Assembly (NCBI GenBank): GCA_964187785.1
Contig: OZ076409.1
Span: forward strand, 102,796,001-102,860,000
Origin: Amphiscolops sp. MND2022
Taxonomy: Eukaryota
Direction: 5' to 3'
DNA: 64,000 nt
The notes under the pieces: model-generated
The model's database searches: none
Told to the model about the DNA's origin: nothing
Seen by the model: the letters and a program-made list of their open reading frames with translations, nothing else
Position numbers and translations under genes: made by a program
Part shown: positions 12,683-26,490 of the stretch, piece by piece
How positions within the stretch are numbered: the stretch's first letter is position 1
Layout: each line of letters opens with the position of its first letter

Positions 12683-14226
12683 GAAACATCTATTTGAACC
12701 GAACAGGGGCTATAATGTCATCGAGACACCAACAGATTATAATCATAACAGACAGTGTTAGTAAACAACCCAAACCTTCTCTGGTGTTATTAATGTTGTT
12801 GTTTTTGTTGTTGTAATGAGTTAAGGGCGTGGTTAGTGAATGTTATGGAAGTGAGCTGCTGAAGAAAATCAAATTACACAAACAGAAAAGCGGCGGGAAA
12901 AGCGAGGAAAAACCTGGGAGACGGCTGATGATATTAATAATAATGACAACAATAATGCTGTGAGAAGTAGAGCTCTGTAATCCCAGCGCAGAGCAATAGG
13001 CCGTTACAACAGGCGATAGGGGGCGGTGGGGTATTGTTCATTACATAAATCTGATGTGCTTTTTGTTGATTTCTCCTGTGAAAGTGAATGTTGTTTACTG
13101 TTTTGTTGTTTGCTGTTGTTTATTAACAAGTATTCATTCATTCATTCATTCGACAGCAGTGGTAGAAAAAAAAGAAGAAGCGGAGGATGCGTCTTCCATC
13201 TCAAGAGAACAGGGCTCCATAACAGCAGGGCTACTAATCCTATTCCATATAATGAAGCAGTGGGAAAAACGAGTAGACGAAGAAACAGGGATAGAACCAC
13301 TAAAGGTGTAATGTTGATACACAGTCGTCGGCGGTCGGTACCGTCTCCCAATTCAGGGAGAGTCTACGCGAGCAAAGTGGGAAAGGTGTAAGGTGTTGAA
13401 GGTAAAACAGGCGGGGTTGGGGGAGGGGTGTAGGGGTTGTTGTAAAATTTTGGGGGTGGGGTGGTTACTAATGTTAGGGGGGGGGGTTCCGTAGATGGTA
13501 AGATGGTAAGTGATGAAGGGAGGGAGTGAGACTGTAGAGGTGCTCAAGGGTGAGGCAGGAAAGAAAAAGTGGGAGAAAAGTGGAAAAGAGGGGAGGCAGG
13601 CTGCAAGGAGAAGACAAACGAGGGGTTCTCAAGGTAGGTGCATCGCCTACCAAGAGGGGTGAAACCGGAAGAAGCAAAAAAACGACGAAATCAGAGTAAA
13701 AAAATAAACAAATAAAGAATTGCACTGACAAAGAAAGGCAGGAAAACAAGTAACAACCGGCGGGGATTATTGCAAAGCGTAGGTCTCCCAACTTTCCCAC
13801 TCATTTATTTATTGAGAAGCTGATCAGTTTCCGCAAAAACATGTGGGTGACACTTTCTTCTACCTCCGCTGTTTTTTTTTCTTTCTTTTTTCAAACCGTC
13901 AAAAATTTCATTTGCCGTTTCATCACCAGGCTTTTTTTCTTTGCTTGTTTCTTCGAAAGCGACCATGCTGATAGTTTTGTTGTAAAAACGTGAATCAAGT
14001 GTGAATATAGTCTGAAGGCGAGTCTGTATTATATTGAGTATTAAATGGCAACATGGTACCGCGGTCGATGGATCGATTCTGTGAATGTGACAGCTGTCTT
14101 TTCAAAATAGAGTTTTGACACAAAAGTGACAAGACCTAAACCACTCATCTGTCAAAAGGTATGCAGTGATATCTATGTCAATTATTTTAGCATAATACAG
14201 TAAGCGTTGACTATCATGGCATTATT

Positions 14227-14666
14227 CCCTAATTGAAAAATTTCACTTTTTTTGCAAAATTCCTACAAATTATTAAACACTAACTCATACAAGATTCTTG
14301 TAAGAATTGCAAATTCCAGCAGAAAATAATACAAAAAATGCATATATTTACCACAATTCTTACAAAATTTGCATCGGTCGACTTGAGGAATTATTGAGAA
14401 AAAGTCGGTGCCAGTATATTTATCAATCACAAAACTTTTTTTTTCGAAATTCCATCGATGAAAAGTTACCCAACACATTTTTTGTAAAGATTACATACGA
14501 ATAGATGCAAATTTTGCAAAAATATCAGAATCTTGTAAGAAATGCTCGACAATGTAATAATTTTTTGCGACATTTGCCATTCTTTACAAACTTTGAAAGA
14601 AATACGTAATTGGCGACGAGAATTCAGGCGGAATTTTGCAAAATTTGTGATTTCCGAAAACTAGGG
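14227..14666. mobile_element. CCC...GGG MITE with TCTT(A/G)CAAGA-type subterminal repeats
   Basis: TT|CCCTAATTG ... AAACTAGGG|TT; the internal segment matches 46618-46800. Confidence 0.7.
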
Positions 14667-16789
14667 TTAATAGGGTAACTGCATTCATGGTTTTGCTTAA
14701 AGCAGGAACAGAACAACTTTGTCCAAGGAAAATATTTCGGCATCAACATATTTTCGCTACTTAAGTGATTACATGTTTACAGCGAAATTTCAATACCAAG
14801 GCCAAACTTAATATTTAAGGCACATAATGTTATTGTACCTGGACTAAAAGTGTAACGGAAGCAATCTTTTCAAAATAACAGACGACGTCTTTTGCGAAAC
14901 GAAAATCAACAATTTGTTCTGCTACTCAACTTTTCTTCCAGTCACAATTTGGTTCGGTTTGTGAATTTATTGCATCAAAACAGCGGATTTTCATATAAAA
15001 TTCACTTTTTGTCGGCTTAGAGCTGTCACGCCTGCGGCAGAAAAGAGCTGCTCAGTTATTTTTATTATCCCGCAACCGGGAATTTCACTTTACGTGTTAC
15101 TTACTTTCCACGTATTAAAGCACCGCCGCCATCGGGAAGAACACAAAACGGTGCATCGGCGGCTGCGGCTGGGAAAATGTGGAGAAAAATGTGGGAAATA
15201 TGCGGCGCAAAGATTGATATGACATGGAGTAAAGACAGGATCATATGCAGTATGGGGGGGTTAAGTTGGAAGAAGGAAAACAACAGGCGGACATTGCGGG
15301 GTTCACCAAGTGGCAATAAGGTGCTAAGATGGTAGATGGATTGCCTCGGCGCTCCCAAGGGGCCTATTTTGGGCTTGTCTCGCCTGTCTTTTGCTTTCAA
15401 TCAACAAGCACAAATGGCATTATTTTTGCCATTTGCAGCTATAATTGAGATAAATATCGACAAGCCATCTTGTCAGTGTAGTCGCCGCCACTACAACCAT
15501 TCTTCTAAGAAATAACCCCCCCCCCAAAAAAAAACAAGCGCTGTGAGCGACAAAGTGGATATATGCAACCTGCCAGGGTGTATGGTCAGAAAAGTGAGAT
15601 TTTTTGTGGGTCCTGATCAAAGTTGATATGGTGATGTATGGTTGTTTGTGGAAGTGATGGAGTGAAAGTTAAAAAAAGCAGATTGTGCCGATACTTTTCT
15701 CGAGCTCCTAAAGGGGATATGGAACAGAAAAAGATTTGGAAGCTTGCCAGAAATTTATTTCTTTATCTTCTTACTGCAACCCCCCACTCTCTAAAATGAA
15801 ATTTCATTACCCATGGTTCCTCAAGTACAGGTTGATCTTACAACAATCTTGTAGATGGATGATGTTATACACGATTGAAATGATATGAAATCTAGCCAGC
15901 TTAATTTTAGAATAGTAGCTTCGTGACTATTTTCCATTTGTGCCTAGATTTCAGGTTAGAAAACGGTTGCTATAAAAGAGAGTTTCTGTAGAAAACCTTG
16001 TTTTCTTAACCTTGTTCTTAGAATTCAACATGGCAAAGTCAGTCAATTTAACTAGAAATTGAACCAAAAATTTACCGAGGGCAAAAAAAACAGGCAACTG
16101 AAGATGGCAGAAAAACCAACTTACCGAACATGGAAGCCAGTACGACGGACGGCAAAACCGTATATACACCTAGACAATAGAAAGCAAGTCGCGAAAGAAA
16201 GTCGGTGTTATATCTAAGGCTCAAAAAGATCGATCCTACGCCTCCTCCTCCTCAGTAAAACGCAAATTACTTGGGATATAACGTCGAAAATTCGGATATA
16301 GCAGTTTACTCGTGAAAATATTACGTCAAAATTTCGGAAAGTATTGAAAAAAAAATATTTGAGGGTGTAAATTGAGAAGACTTTTAATTTCAGACTAAAA
16401 AATTGAAACAACCTCAACTGCCAACAAAATGTAAAAAGTTGTAGTTACATGTAAAAAGTTAAATGTAGTTTAGTAGTTCTCTAAAAAGTATCCACTACGA
16501 ATACACTCTGTTATCTGACGAAAAAAAAGAATAAAAACTTGCCACTGTGTTAGTCGGGTTTTTTCCTTAAATAGCAAACGCGCCGACTAAAAAGACTCCA
16601 ATAATTCCCCAAAAGAGAACACAAACATAACAGTAAGCGGGTTGTCCGAACAAAAAAAGACCTGATTCAGTTATTCATCGAACACATTTTGCTGTAACGA
16701 AACACCTACCACAGCAGAGGTTATGTTTTGGGCGAAACATACAAGCATCGGAACACCGGAAAATATCTGGAGACAACTAATTAAGATAC

Positions 16790-18760
16790 GACATCAGCGG
16801 AAGAACTACTAATAAGAAGAGATAGGTTCACGGACTTGCCAACATACACACTGTATTCCACGACAAAATTGACCGCACACTTGAAAATTGTACACCAGCT
16901 TGACTGGACGACATATTTAAAATGGACGACACAAGATCATAAGAAAAGACTATTCGATTAACTAGCAAGAGTAGCAAATGCTGGGTGAAAAAAAAAGAAA
17001 ATCAAAGTTTTTATAGAACCGTAAAAAGTTGCTGGGACAAGAAAAAGACTAAAATGGAATGAAAGCCGAAGGAAGGAAAAATAGGAGCGACAAGGGAGTG
17101 GAAACAATTGGAAAGTATAAAAGTAAATCTCTTTCCCAGGGCCTTTCAATGTATGGCGAATTTCCTACCAAAATGTTCGGAGGAAACAGAGATACACAAA
17201 AACGTTTCGAGAAAAGACCAATTTTTGGAAATTTGCTACAATGAAAAATATATCAATAAAATAAAACAAATGGTAATCAGAAAACCACGTTCAGCACAAT
17301 ACGAATTGGACAAAGACAAACTGGTTGTTACCACGATAGTGAAACCAGACTAGACATTATGCTCTGGCAAAAACAAATAAACCTAATTACCAAAGTTTTC
17401 GTACTCGGAAGCAGACACCTAGACGATACCGAAAAGAATTATTTAATGGGAAAACTTCATCGACTTAGAGTTTTATGGGATTAGAGATTTTTCCATGATT
17501 CTACCTTTACAGAAAAAGTATTTGCATATTCGGACCATCAAGCATTTGAGCCACTAATGAGAATGAACTTATGTAGCAATTAATATAGCGTAAGATTAGC
17601 ACGGTCGTTGGATTGACTAACAACCTTCCATATCGAAATACAGCGGTTTGCATGTAACTATTTTAAGTTTATAAAGTGAAACGAACACTGAGAACAATAT
17701 AGATCAATCACAATTGAATAGAACAATCCAGAACAAAATGCGTAAACAAAATTCAACTGAACGAAATATTCACATCCGCGTAGCCTCAAATTAGCACTGC
17801 AATTTAGAGTCGAAAGTCTACCTTGTCAAGTTCAAACATTGAACACTCGATCATCTTACAAATGAACCTGGAGAATTTTCATCACTGGGATGCAACCCGA
17901 GAGATAACGGATATTATCACATGCAGAAATAAAAGCCCGTGAACGCGGAGAGATGTTGAACAACGGGACAATGAGACGCCGGTGCGAGCCACAATCGCCA
18001 GGACGGCTTTTGCACCCTCAGGCCGTGAGATGTGGACGGAGAGTCCGGAAGAAGACGATGGAACAAGAGGCAGTTCAAACTAAGGAAGATCGCGTAATAA
18101 TGACGAGCGACACTTTGTCGATAGCAGACCTGAGCAAATTCAAAACTGAAGCGAAGAAGACCACTGTAACGAAATAAATCACCTCACTGGAGAAATTTTT
18201 GTCGAAAAAAATTGACAGAAGACAAAAAGAAACCCAACAATCTCAATTCATGATGGGTTTCCAAAACCTCGTGTCTTTTCGGAAATGTTGAGAATGAGGT
18301 CAATTGAGATGTTATAAATCGATGTTCGAAACACTTTCCATACAGTGGGGTGTGGTATGGTCTTCCTAAATAGCTAGGAAGATTCCGACAAGTCACCAAA
18401 AAGGTCACGAAATGGACATTACTCCACCATTAAAGGGACGATGGAATTTCTTTGAAACATTTCTTAGAAACCGTTTGGCTTCGAAAAAAAACGGAAGCAC
18501 AACAAGACTTTTTTGGGGCGTCGATCCAGAAGCACTATGCCAAAAAACAAGAGTAGATAGAATAAAGAGAGAACCGGATAAAACTGGTATCAAAGCTCAG
18601 GGCTGTATATTGTTTGATGTCCGCAGATAACTGCCATCTTCGCAAATAATGTTACACAATCACAAGTTAATTGCAGCATTTTGATAGTTGCAAGAAAGAC
18701 GCGCGCGGTCGACTGTTGAAAACTCAAAGTGTAGCGAAAAAGAAAGTAACAGCTCGAAAT
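16790..18760 (+). pseudogene. pol: Heavily decayed Ty3/Gypsy pol (RT, RNase H, integrase remnants)
   Basis: GLANIHTVFHDKIDRTLENCTPA*LDDI (~16835-16915) and SDHQAFEPLMR...YSVRLAR (~17530-17610) align by eye to the element at 47.5-54.7 kb. Many stops and frameshifts; boundaries approximate. Confidence 0.75.
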
Positions 18761-19227
18761 TTTAGAGAAAGTTTTACAAGGAGAAGATTGATGGTTGCTT
18801 ATATCCGTGGTTGCGTGATTGACATTTGCATGCATTCGACTGCAACGCGTCTCTGTTAGCTGACAACCCCCTATCTCATAAAGGGCGCCCCTGTTTTGAC
18901 AAGAGCAAATATATACATTGCATCTACATATATTTATTAGGTAGAATGAACATTGTTTGCCCAACTTTATCCAACCAATTTCAGTCGAACGAGTCTTTCC
19001 GAACCAATTGATTTAGATGAAAGGTTCAAAAATCATTTGGTACTACATAGGCGATAGTTCATTGGGAGTGCCTCATATTCAATTATATTCAGATACATTC
19101 ATTCCGTTCAGCAGTGTTCGTAGATTCTATACCCTTGGTTCTTTTCAGCTTTACTCGATTTTAGTTCAAGTTGATCGCCACAAAGGGTGCTCAAAAACTT
19201 ATCGAACTTCCAATTAATTGCAATTAA

Positions 19228-19660
19228 GGACCATTTATTCATTTACAACCCCCCCCCCAACACGAAAGAACATTTTGTTCTTGAACAAAACTATTTCACT
19301 AATAAGAGAATATTAGATGAATGTATATACTTAGAGGATTGTCTCTACAACTGTTTGGACACTTCAGGTAAAAAAAAATACCATTATTTTTTGATATTAT
19401 TATCCAAAATAGCAGAAATTCACGTTTGGAACAAGCTAAAATTGTATAAAAAGGCCCCGATTTCAGCGCAAATTTTGTCCGCTATAAAATCTAATGAGCC
19501 ACTTTTAACTGACAGTCAATGTAATGGATAGGATTATGTCGAGATCAATTGTTTTATTGGACCAAAATTCCAACGCAAACGATGTCGACATAATGGTTTT
19601 TGAACCTTCTCTCTTATTTCCCCCCTGCCGCAGTTTTGGGGGAAATAGATGACATTGTCC
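19228..19660. mobile_element. Merlin-like MITE, independent diverged insertion, nested in a GGGTGCTCAAAAA-TIR element
   Basis: GCAATTAA|GGACCAT ... ATTGTCC|GCAATTAA; body homologous to 11239-11668. The host element has inverted ends at ~19185 and ~19770. Confidence 0.8.
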
Positions 19661-20559
19661 GCAATTAATTAATGCGTGCCCCAAAAATCAATTCACTAAT
19701 TGGTTCCAAATTCCAAATCAATTAATTGTATGCAATTAATTGGAAGACAATGAATTTTTGAGCACCCCTGAATTGAACAACCTTGCGTCATTTTTCCCCC
19801 TTGCGGCCGCTTGAACACATGGTCCGGACTTCCATTTAGAATGAGAATCAAAACGCATAATGCAGGTATTTTAGGGAGGAATTAGATTTAAAAAAACTAT
19901 TTTTGGCTGACTTGTAACAACCTGAATAGTGTTATAGAAATGCATTCACTTTCAACTGGTGAAATTTGACAGTCCTTCGTTTCGTAGCGGCCCAAATGCT
20001 ACAATTTTTTGGGTCAGGAAAAGACTTATTCTATTCGTGCTGTGCTGAATTCGATTGATATTCATCACTCCAACAAATTTTTAAAATATTCTCATTAGAT
20101 AGCAAGCACAGATTCTATTTCAAGCAGGGATGCCAAGAATAATTTGATATTTTGATATCTGATGATGAAGATGTGATCAAATCTTTGGTTAGAAAGGATC
20201 ATTATACATTATTGCGAACGAGCGTTTATTTACCAGAAAATGAGCAAGAGCCTCTAAAATTGAATAATTTGCCGGATAATCTGTCATAATTGAGCGCATA
20301 AATGAAATTAATAATTTATCTTGTTTTGCGCACAAAAATACGGTTCCTGTCACGGATTTGAAATGCCACATTTACAGCGAAATAATGCTGCAACCTGATG
20401 TATTTCGTGATGGCTTCATAGCGCTCATGCTCCCAAAAATTATATTTTTCATTACCTATGAGCAAAATTTTGTATTCAAAGATTGAAGCGATCGCGCTTT
20501 AAGGTTTTAAGCGTAGTACGATAAGCGTGATTGTGTTGTGACAATATGTGCATAATCTA

Positions 20560-20875
20560 AAAGCAACCGAGCAGTCTAAAACAAGACGCCTGCCAAGCAC
20601 CGGGATATTTTCCGCTAAAAATGTAACGCATAAGCGTGGGTTCGAACCCATGACCTCGTGTCTGCCAGGCAGACACACTACCAACTGCTCCATGGTGACT
20701 AGAATTCACTAAATGGAGTAATGAAGTGGAGATTTGGCCGAATGTGTAAAAAAACGCAGCGCAGAATATGAATTTCCTCCCCCATTATATGTGGGCGGAA
20801 AATAGATTTTTTTAAAACGCAACACAGAGTATGATTTTCCTCCCCCATTATATGTGGCAGGAAATAACAAATTGT
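20560..20875 (-). mobile_element. tRNA-derived dispersed repeat, copy B (hairpin end duplicated)
   Basis: Minus strand reads GAGCAGTTGGTAG...GGTTCGAACCC. The TTCCTCCCCCATTATATGTGG(G)C hairpin occurs twice (~20775 and ~20836). Confidence 0.7.
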
Positions 20876-21439
20876 CCTGACCACCTCGTTGTTCGCTAAC
20901 CCAGTTCATGAACAAGATGACCAGTGGCACTGTGATAATTTGAGCAACGTATTACAAGAGGCCACCGAAAAAAAACACAACACTTTCAAAACTCTAATGT
21001 TTGAAACCGGAAAAGAAACGGAATCGTCTGAACGAAAATACATCTCATGCAAAATTGTATGTAGGGTCCCGAAGGGACATTTTTAAAATTTGTTCCAAGA
21101 CCGCCCATCCTTGCATGACATAGATTGGAAAAAAGTGATCTACTTGGATAAACTGAATATTGCTGTTAAAAATCCTTTCAGACAGCAGCTTCAATGTAGT
21201 TCATTGAGGATTCAAACAAAAGTTGAAAAACGAATGAGCTTGAACACAAAAATATCTCTGTCAGAACAAAAAAAATCGGTTTAAACAATTTTGAACAGTT
21301 CGGATACAGCGCTTATTTCATCAAAAAAAGTATCCTATTAGGAATTGGTTTTTACCAAAGTTCAATTGAACAGATACAGTAGTTAGACACGCGCTTGTTA
21401 GACTCTCACGCTGGTGGAACTATCCATAGAAAAACCGGA

Positions 21440-21740
21440 CGTACGCTACGTACAGGGATGTTTTCCGCTAAAAGTGTAACACATCAGCCCGGGGTTCGAA
21501 CCCGCGACCTCGTGTCTGGCAGGCAGACGCACTACCAACTGGTAACTAAAATTGGTTTGGTAGATTTGGTAACTGAAATTAGTCAAGTAACTAAAATAGT
21601 CAAGTAACGACATAAAATAGTCAAGTAGTTCAAATAGTCAAGTGATGGAGATCGTGGAAATTTGGCAGAATTTGGGAAAAAAACGCTACACAGACAATGA
21701 TTTTCCTCGCTCATTATATGTGGGCGGAAAATAACAATTT
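21440..21740 (-). mobile_element. tRNA-derived dispersed repeat, copy C
   Basis: B box at ~21493-21503, an (AATAGTCAAGT)n insertion at ~21575-21645 and the shared hairpin at ~21703-21730. Confidence 0.65.
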
Positions 21741-22740
21741 AAAAATCCTCTCAATACAAAAGAATTCACATGATGGGCTTTTCTGTGTTAAAACTTTTTC
21801 TTCCCTCACAATATCCTAAAAATCCAAAAAATGCAATGTGCCGATATTTTTTATGTGCAGTTATTTCAGGGTAACAAGACTTTTTCTTTCCTGAAAATGT
21901 CTGAAAAACCTAATTTGTAAAAATTTACGAAACTTTTTTTCGAATAAAAGTCGTACAGCGACAAAATTACCCAAATGCTCGAGAACCATCATTGAGGAAA
22001 ATCTCATGGGCATTACAGTACCAAAAAAAAACCAATAGGGTCATACATAAAACTCGAAAAATGATTTTCCTGAAATAAAAACCTCAAAAACAACTTGGCG
22101 GGAAACAATTTTTTTCGACAATTTTTGAAAAATTTTACTTCAGTAAACCGCGCAGTGATGAAAACCTCAACGAAAACCTTTTCTGCTCGCAAAACGCTAA
22201 TTTTTTGTTAAAAATGAAAGTGGGATGCTTCAGTGAAAAAATTGAGAAAGAAGCCGCACTGTGCCGAAAACGTGGGGGCGCTTTGGTCTAACTTCTAAAT
22301 ATGAAAGCATTAAAAAATTTTGGTTCATTGTGGGACTCGAAGTAAGGACGACATTTTTCGTCACCATAAGTAGAAGTCCGCGTTAACTGCTACTTTCCCC
22401 GATTCCACTTGCGTACATACTGGTTACAGCCAAAAAGTGTGATAGCAGGAAATTGCTGTGCGAAAACTGAGATTTTTGTTTGTTCTTAAGTAGGAAAAAG
22501 AAAATTGACAAAGTGTGCATGGACAACGAAAAATTATTCGTTTCCATGTTTGAACATGCATAACCTGAAAATGAAATTCAGAGAATGTTGTTCAACAAAA
22601 AATCCCGGTTGAAGCTTCGTTTATCAAAACGGCTGTAAAACCTAATTAAAGCAATCAAAACAGACCCGACAAGAGAATTTTCATACGAATGTGACCATTG
22701 TTGCAACTCTTCATCGAATTTTTGAAATCTTAGAATTTTT

Positions 22741-22888
22741 CCATCTTAGTAAGATTCGATGGTGGTAATGGTGCATCTTGGTAAGATCTTAGTAAGAATG
22801 GAAAATCTTAGTAAGGATCCATGGTTGCCAAGATGTAGTAAGAATTTGGCAAGATCTTGCCAAGACAACCAAGATGCTAGTAAGAGGG
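22741..22888. mobile_element. Short MITE-like array of TCTTRGYAAGA palindromes
   Basis: Repeated CTTAGTAAG / CTTGGTAAG / CTTGCCAAG motifs, ending CTAGTAAGAGGG. Confidence 0.5.
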
Positions 22889-25749
22889 TCAAACCGGGAG
22901 CAATAAAAAAAGAACAGAAACGAAGACACAATTGAGAAAAGTGAGAAGCAATTTGACAAGGATAGTGTTTTCAAGTAATTGTTGGCTTCTAGATAGGTCA
23001 AAAGTGTCAAATGGAACCTTTTGATGGCGTCTAACTTTCTCTGGGTTTGGGAAAAAGCACAAATTTCATAATTTAACTTTGTGACCAAAACGTTGGCTAA
23101 ATCATCAGTTGCATACAACGCTCAACGTTCGGTATTATTAACATTTGACTCAATCAGCTAAGGTACAACTAATTAAATGACAAAAATTTTTACCAAAATG
23201 TGTCGATCTTGAAATTTGGACAGGTTCAGAAATTCGGTCAAAATATCTAATCCGATGTGAGACGTGGCACTAGTCATGTGATTGCTCTTTTCGAGGGTAA
23301 CGGAATAAGACCTACGGAATAGGACCTAAATTGAAAACATGGATAAGACCTAAAATAAAAGTCATTTCTCGGGATTAAAACCTACAATTTTAGGTCTTAT
23401 TCCTACTTGAAGGTACTTTTCCTGTACATTTGTAGTAATGGTTTTATGAGCTTTTCAGTCGAAGTGGAGTACGAAGTAATCGAAGGGAAGAGAAAAGTGG
23501 AAAACCGGGAAAAAGTCTGAAGGAATAACTTTTAAAATAACATGCTAAACTTCGAAAAGGAGAGCAAGATCTCAAATTGACTTGAATAATATCTAAAACT
23601 CCGCAATGGAATGAACTCGATCCGTAGAAAAACAGAAGTAATTAAGGTAAAAAACGTGCCCCGGATTTTCCCCCATTTTCTCTATTGGGGCCGTTTATGT
23701 TCTCATCTTGCTAAGTGAGATCGACCGGGAGCGAAGAGCAAGCGGGAACAGAGATTGCGGAACGATCGTAGTGTGAGCTAGTCTTTGCGACGGGGAGGGC
23801 GAGCGTGCATACATCACATAGGCTCCACAAAAGGTCGAGGAAGTACAGAGAAGATTGTAAGACATTTACGAAAGGTACTAGTTTGTTCTTGAACAAAATG
23901 ATTTTGAAATCTGACGATTGTATAAAGTCAATGGGAGAGAAAAATAATGATTGCGAACTTTGTTATTTGGTGATTTTTTGTGTTGATTGCCTCATTTCCA
24001 TCTGCTGGAGATTGTTTCCTGAATATTTGATGAATCATTCCGACTTCAAACGTTTTTTTTTCATGAAAAAACAATACTTTTTTATGTCTTATACCGCGTT
24101 TTAGACCTTTAGACCTTATTCCCGTTTTTTAAGTCTTACTTCACTACGTTTTGGTTTAAGGTCTCAATGCAAAACGAGAACGAGAGCAGACCGAGCGAGA
24201 ACGCCGAGAACTAAACAGTCTGAGGGCTTAGAGAGACTAAAACAACTTCCGCAAAGACTCTTTTTTGGTGCTAACACCCGGTTTTTATTGATGTTCAGCA
24301 TTATGGTACCTCAAGTAGCGAGGACCGGAGAAATGAGTTTTTTGCTTGAAGATCTTTATTTGGTACATGGAGCTCCAGCTTCTAGCTGTGTGGTCTGCCC
24401 GCCTGATGTGTGCTTTCGTGTATTTCCACTATCTTTAGTCATATTTGTAATTTCTAGTTTGAGTGCTGTTCTTGCAATTTAAAGTTTAGACATTAATCCT
24501 ATGTTACCCTGGAAATGGAAATTGATGCTGTTTATTCTTGGAACGTTTTTAAACGCAATTTATGTGGTGGTCCTGAGAGAAAAGCAAGATGCCCGTACCT
24601 TTTAGCAGTATTAGACTGGACTAAGGCCGGGGAGCGTCCCATAAGACTGTGCCTCTCCTCAGGAGCAGTATCATACGGAAACAAAATTGACTGGTATGTC
24701 GAAACGGCCAGTCCCAGACAATACGTTTTGGTACCAGTTTTTCCCCCTCGTGTATCAGCATTGTGTCGCCCCGGACTTTTTAAATCGATGAGTCTTCTCG
24801 ATCTATCAAAAATCCCCTAGGAGACCACTTACTGGGTTAAAACTGGTTTTAAGGTATCTGTAGGGCAAACAACTCCTGTGGGTGACCTAAGCATTCGCCC
24901 AGCTCTAGATCGTGCTTTTTTATGAATACCTTACGTTAGAAAACTAACCGGGTTCGATTTCGCATGAAAATAAAACGGTCAGTTTAAATCGCTATTTTAT
25001 AGAAGTTCCCAAAATTTAAAATATTACACTTGCTGTTTCTGTAGAATTTGAACAAAAATGACAACACCAGGAAACCCCCATCGGCAGACCACATTCCCAT
25101 ATTGGCAGGGGTATTCAATATTCTATTCGAATACTATTATTGCCTAAAAATGAATGAATCATTTTATTTTCAGGGTGGAAAAAATGACGAATTTTACCAA
25201 TTTTTTTGGTAAAATCATTTTTTTTATTCTCAGCGAAAAACGGATATCAACAAAATTTTAAATTGTGCTTTGAACATCACAAACAGACCAATATTTTTTG
25301 ACGACCAAGGAAAAAATGCGACTCAAAGTTCACTGGGCTGAGTTTTCGCATGACAACTTTTTTATTAAACGCTCTTAATTTTAATTTCAAGAATCATGTT
25401 TTTTTAACAGGTCCAAAAATATTTATTTTTATTGATTTGAGTGTAAAAATAAAATTTATTATTTGATTTATTTGATTATTCCCGCATCCATGGCAAAGGT
25501 TAGTTGGGATTTTTTTTGTTTATCGTGTGATATTTAGTGTTGTACATATCTCAACTTGTAAATCCATAAAATGATAACAGTATTGATAATTACTCCGTGT
25601 AGAGCTATTTTCTACACTTTTTTTCGAAAGACATTGTGTGCTCAATTAGGGAAACTATTAATTGACTGGTCGACTTTTTTCCAAGCACATTTTTCATAAA
25701 TGCATACATTAGCTATCATCCCTTGGTTCGTTCAACCGATTATGGTGAT

Positions 25750-26473
25750 TGTTCTTACCGTTGAATGTTGTTGAGGGCTTGTTGAAGATCATCGTAACAT
25801 GCAAGCCATCGTAAAAATGTTACGTAATCGTTTGGAATAATTGAAAACTCAGTTGAAACAGCGCTCGTTGCCGCGATGAAAGTTCTTTGACAAAATGAAG
25901 CTAGCCGTTCGATTCAGTTCACCGTTACCGGTTTTTGTTACCAAGTTTGACATTGATCCTTTTTGACTGTCTTGTCTAGTCGAAACCTTTCAAGTTCAAA
26001 GTACCTATGTCTGTCAAAAGTTCATCCTTTCCGAATGTTTATTCCGTTCAAAGGTCAAAAGTCTTAACCAACTTACATGATCATCTTGCATGACTGCAAA
26101 CTTAGTGAACTTTTAGGAACCCAACCCCCCTTTTTCCCCCTGTTTTCCCAGACTTTTTGCAGGTAGTTAACTGGTGGCTTAAGATTGGTTTTTAGGTCTT
26201 GTTCCGGCTTTGGGTAGGCTCATTGGAACAGAAAAGTTCGGTTTGAGCAGTGGCTCACATTCATGCAACATTTGTGATAGTCTTTGTCAATAACTAAGGA
26301 ATGAGAGTCAACCAATTCAAATTAGCTGCTTTATTGAGAACTGCTGTTCAGTTCATATGGCTCTGAATATTATAATAGTCTTTCTGTTCAAACTAAACTT
26401 TCTATTCAACTTTGAATTGACTCTTGTCTTTTATTCATCATGTTTCCTGAGTTCGCGAGGCGCGCACCAAACA
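25750..26473 (+). repeat. BEL/Pao 5' LTR (724 bp)
   Basis: About 16 substitutions versus the 3' LTR counted by eye, plus one complex indel. Confidence 0.96.
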
Positions 26474-26490
26474 TGGTCCGCCGACACCGA
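26474..26490 (+). promoter_or_regulatory. Primer-binding site of the BEL element (possibly tRNA-Tyr type)
   Basis: TGG directly after the LTR; complementary to a tRNA ending ...TCGGCGGA-CCA. The tRNA identity is inferred. Confidence 0.75.

Larger units (their letters stand above)
10826..12837 (+). repeat. Tandem segmental duplication, period 1012 bp (10826-11823 and 11838-12837) with 14-bp junction filler
   Basis: The only differences found by eye are +1 in a C-run and +1 in a G-run. Duplicate ORFs in the track are offset by exactly 1012. Confidence 0.95.
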
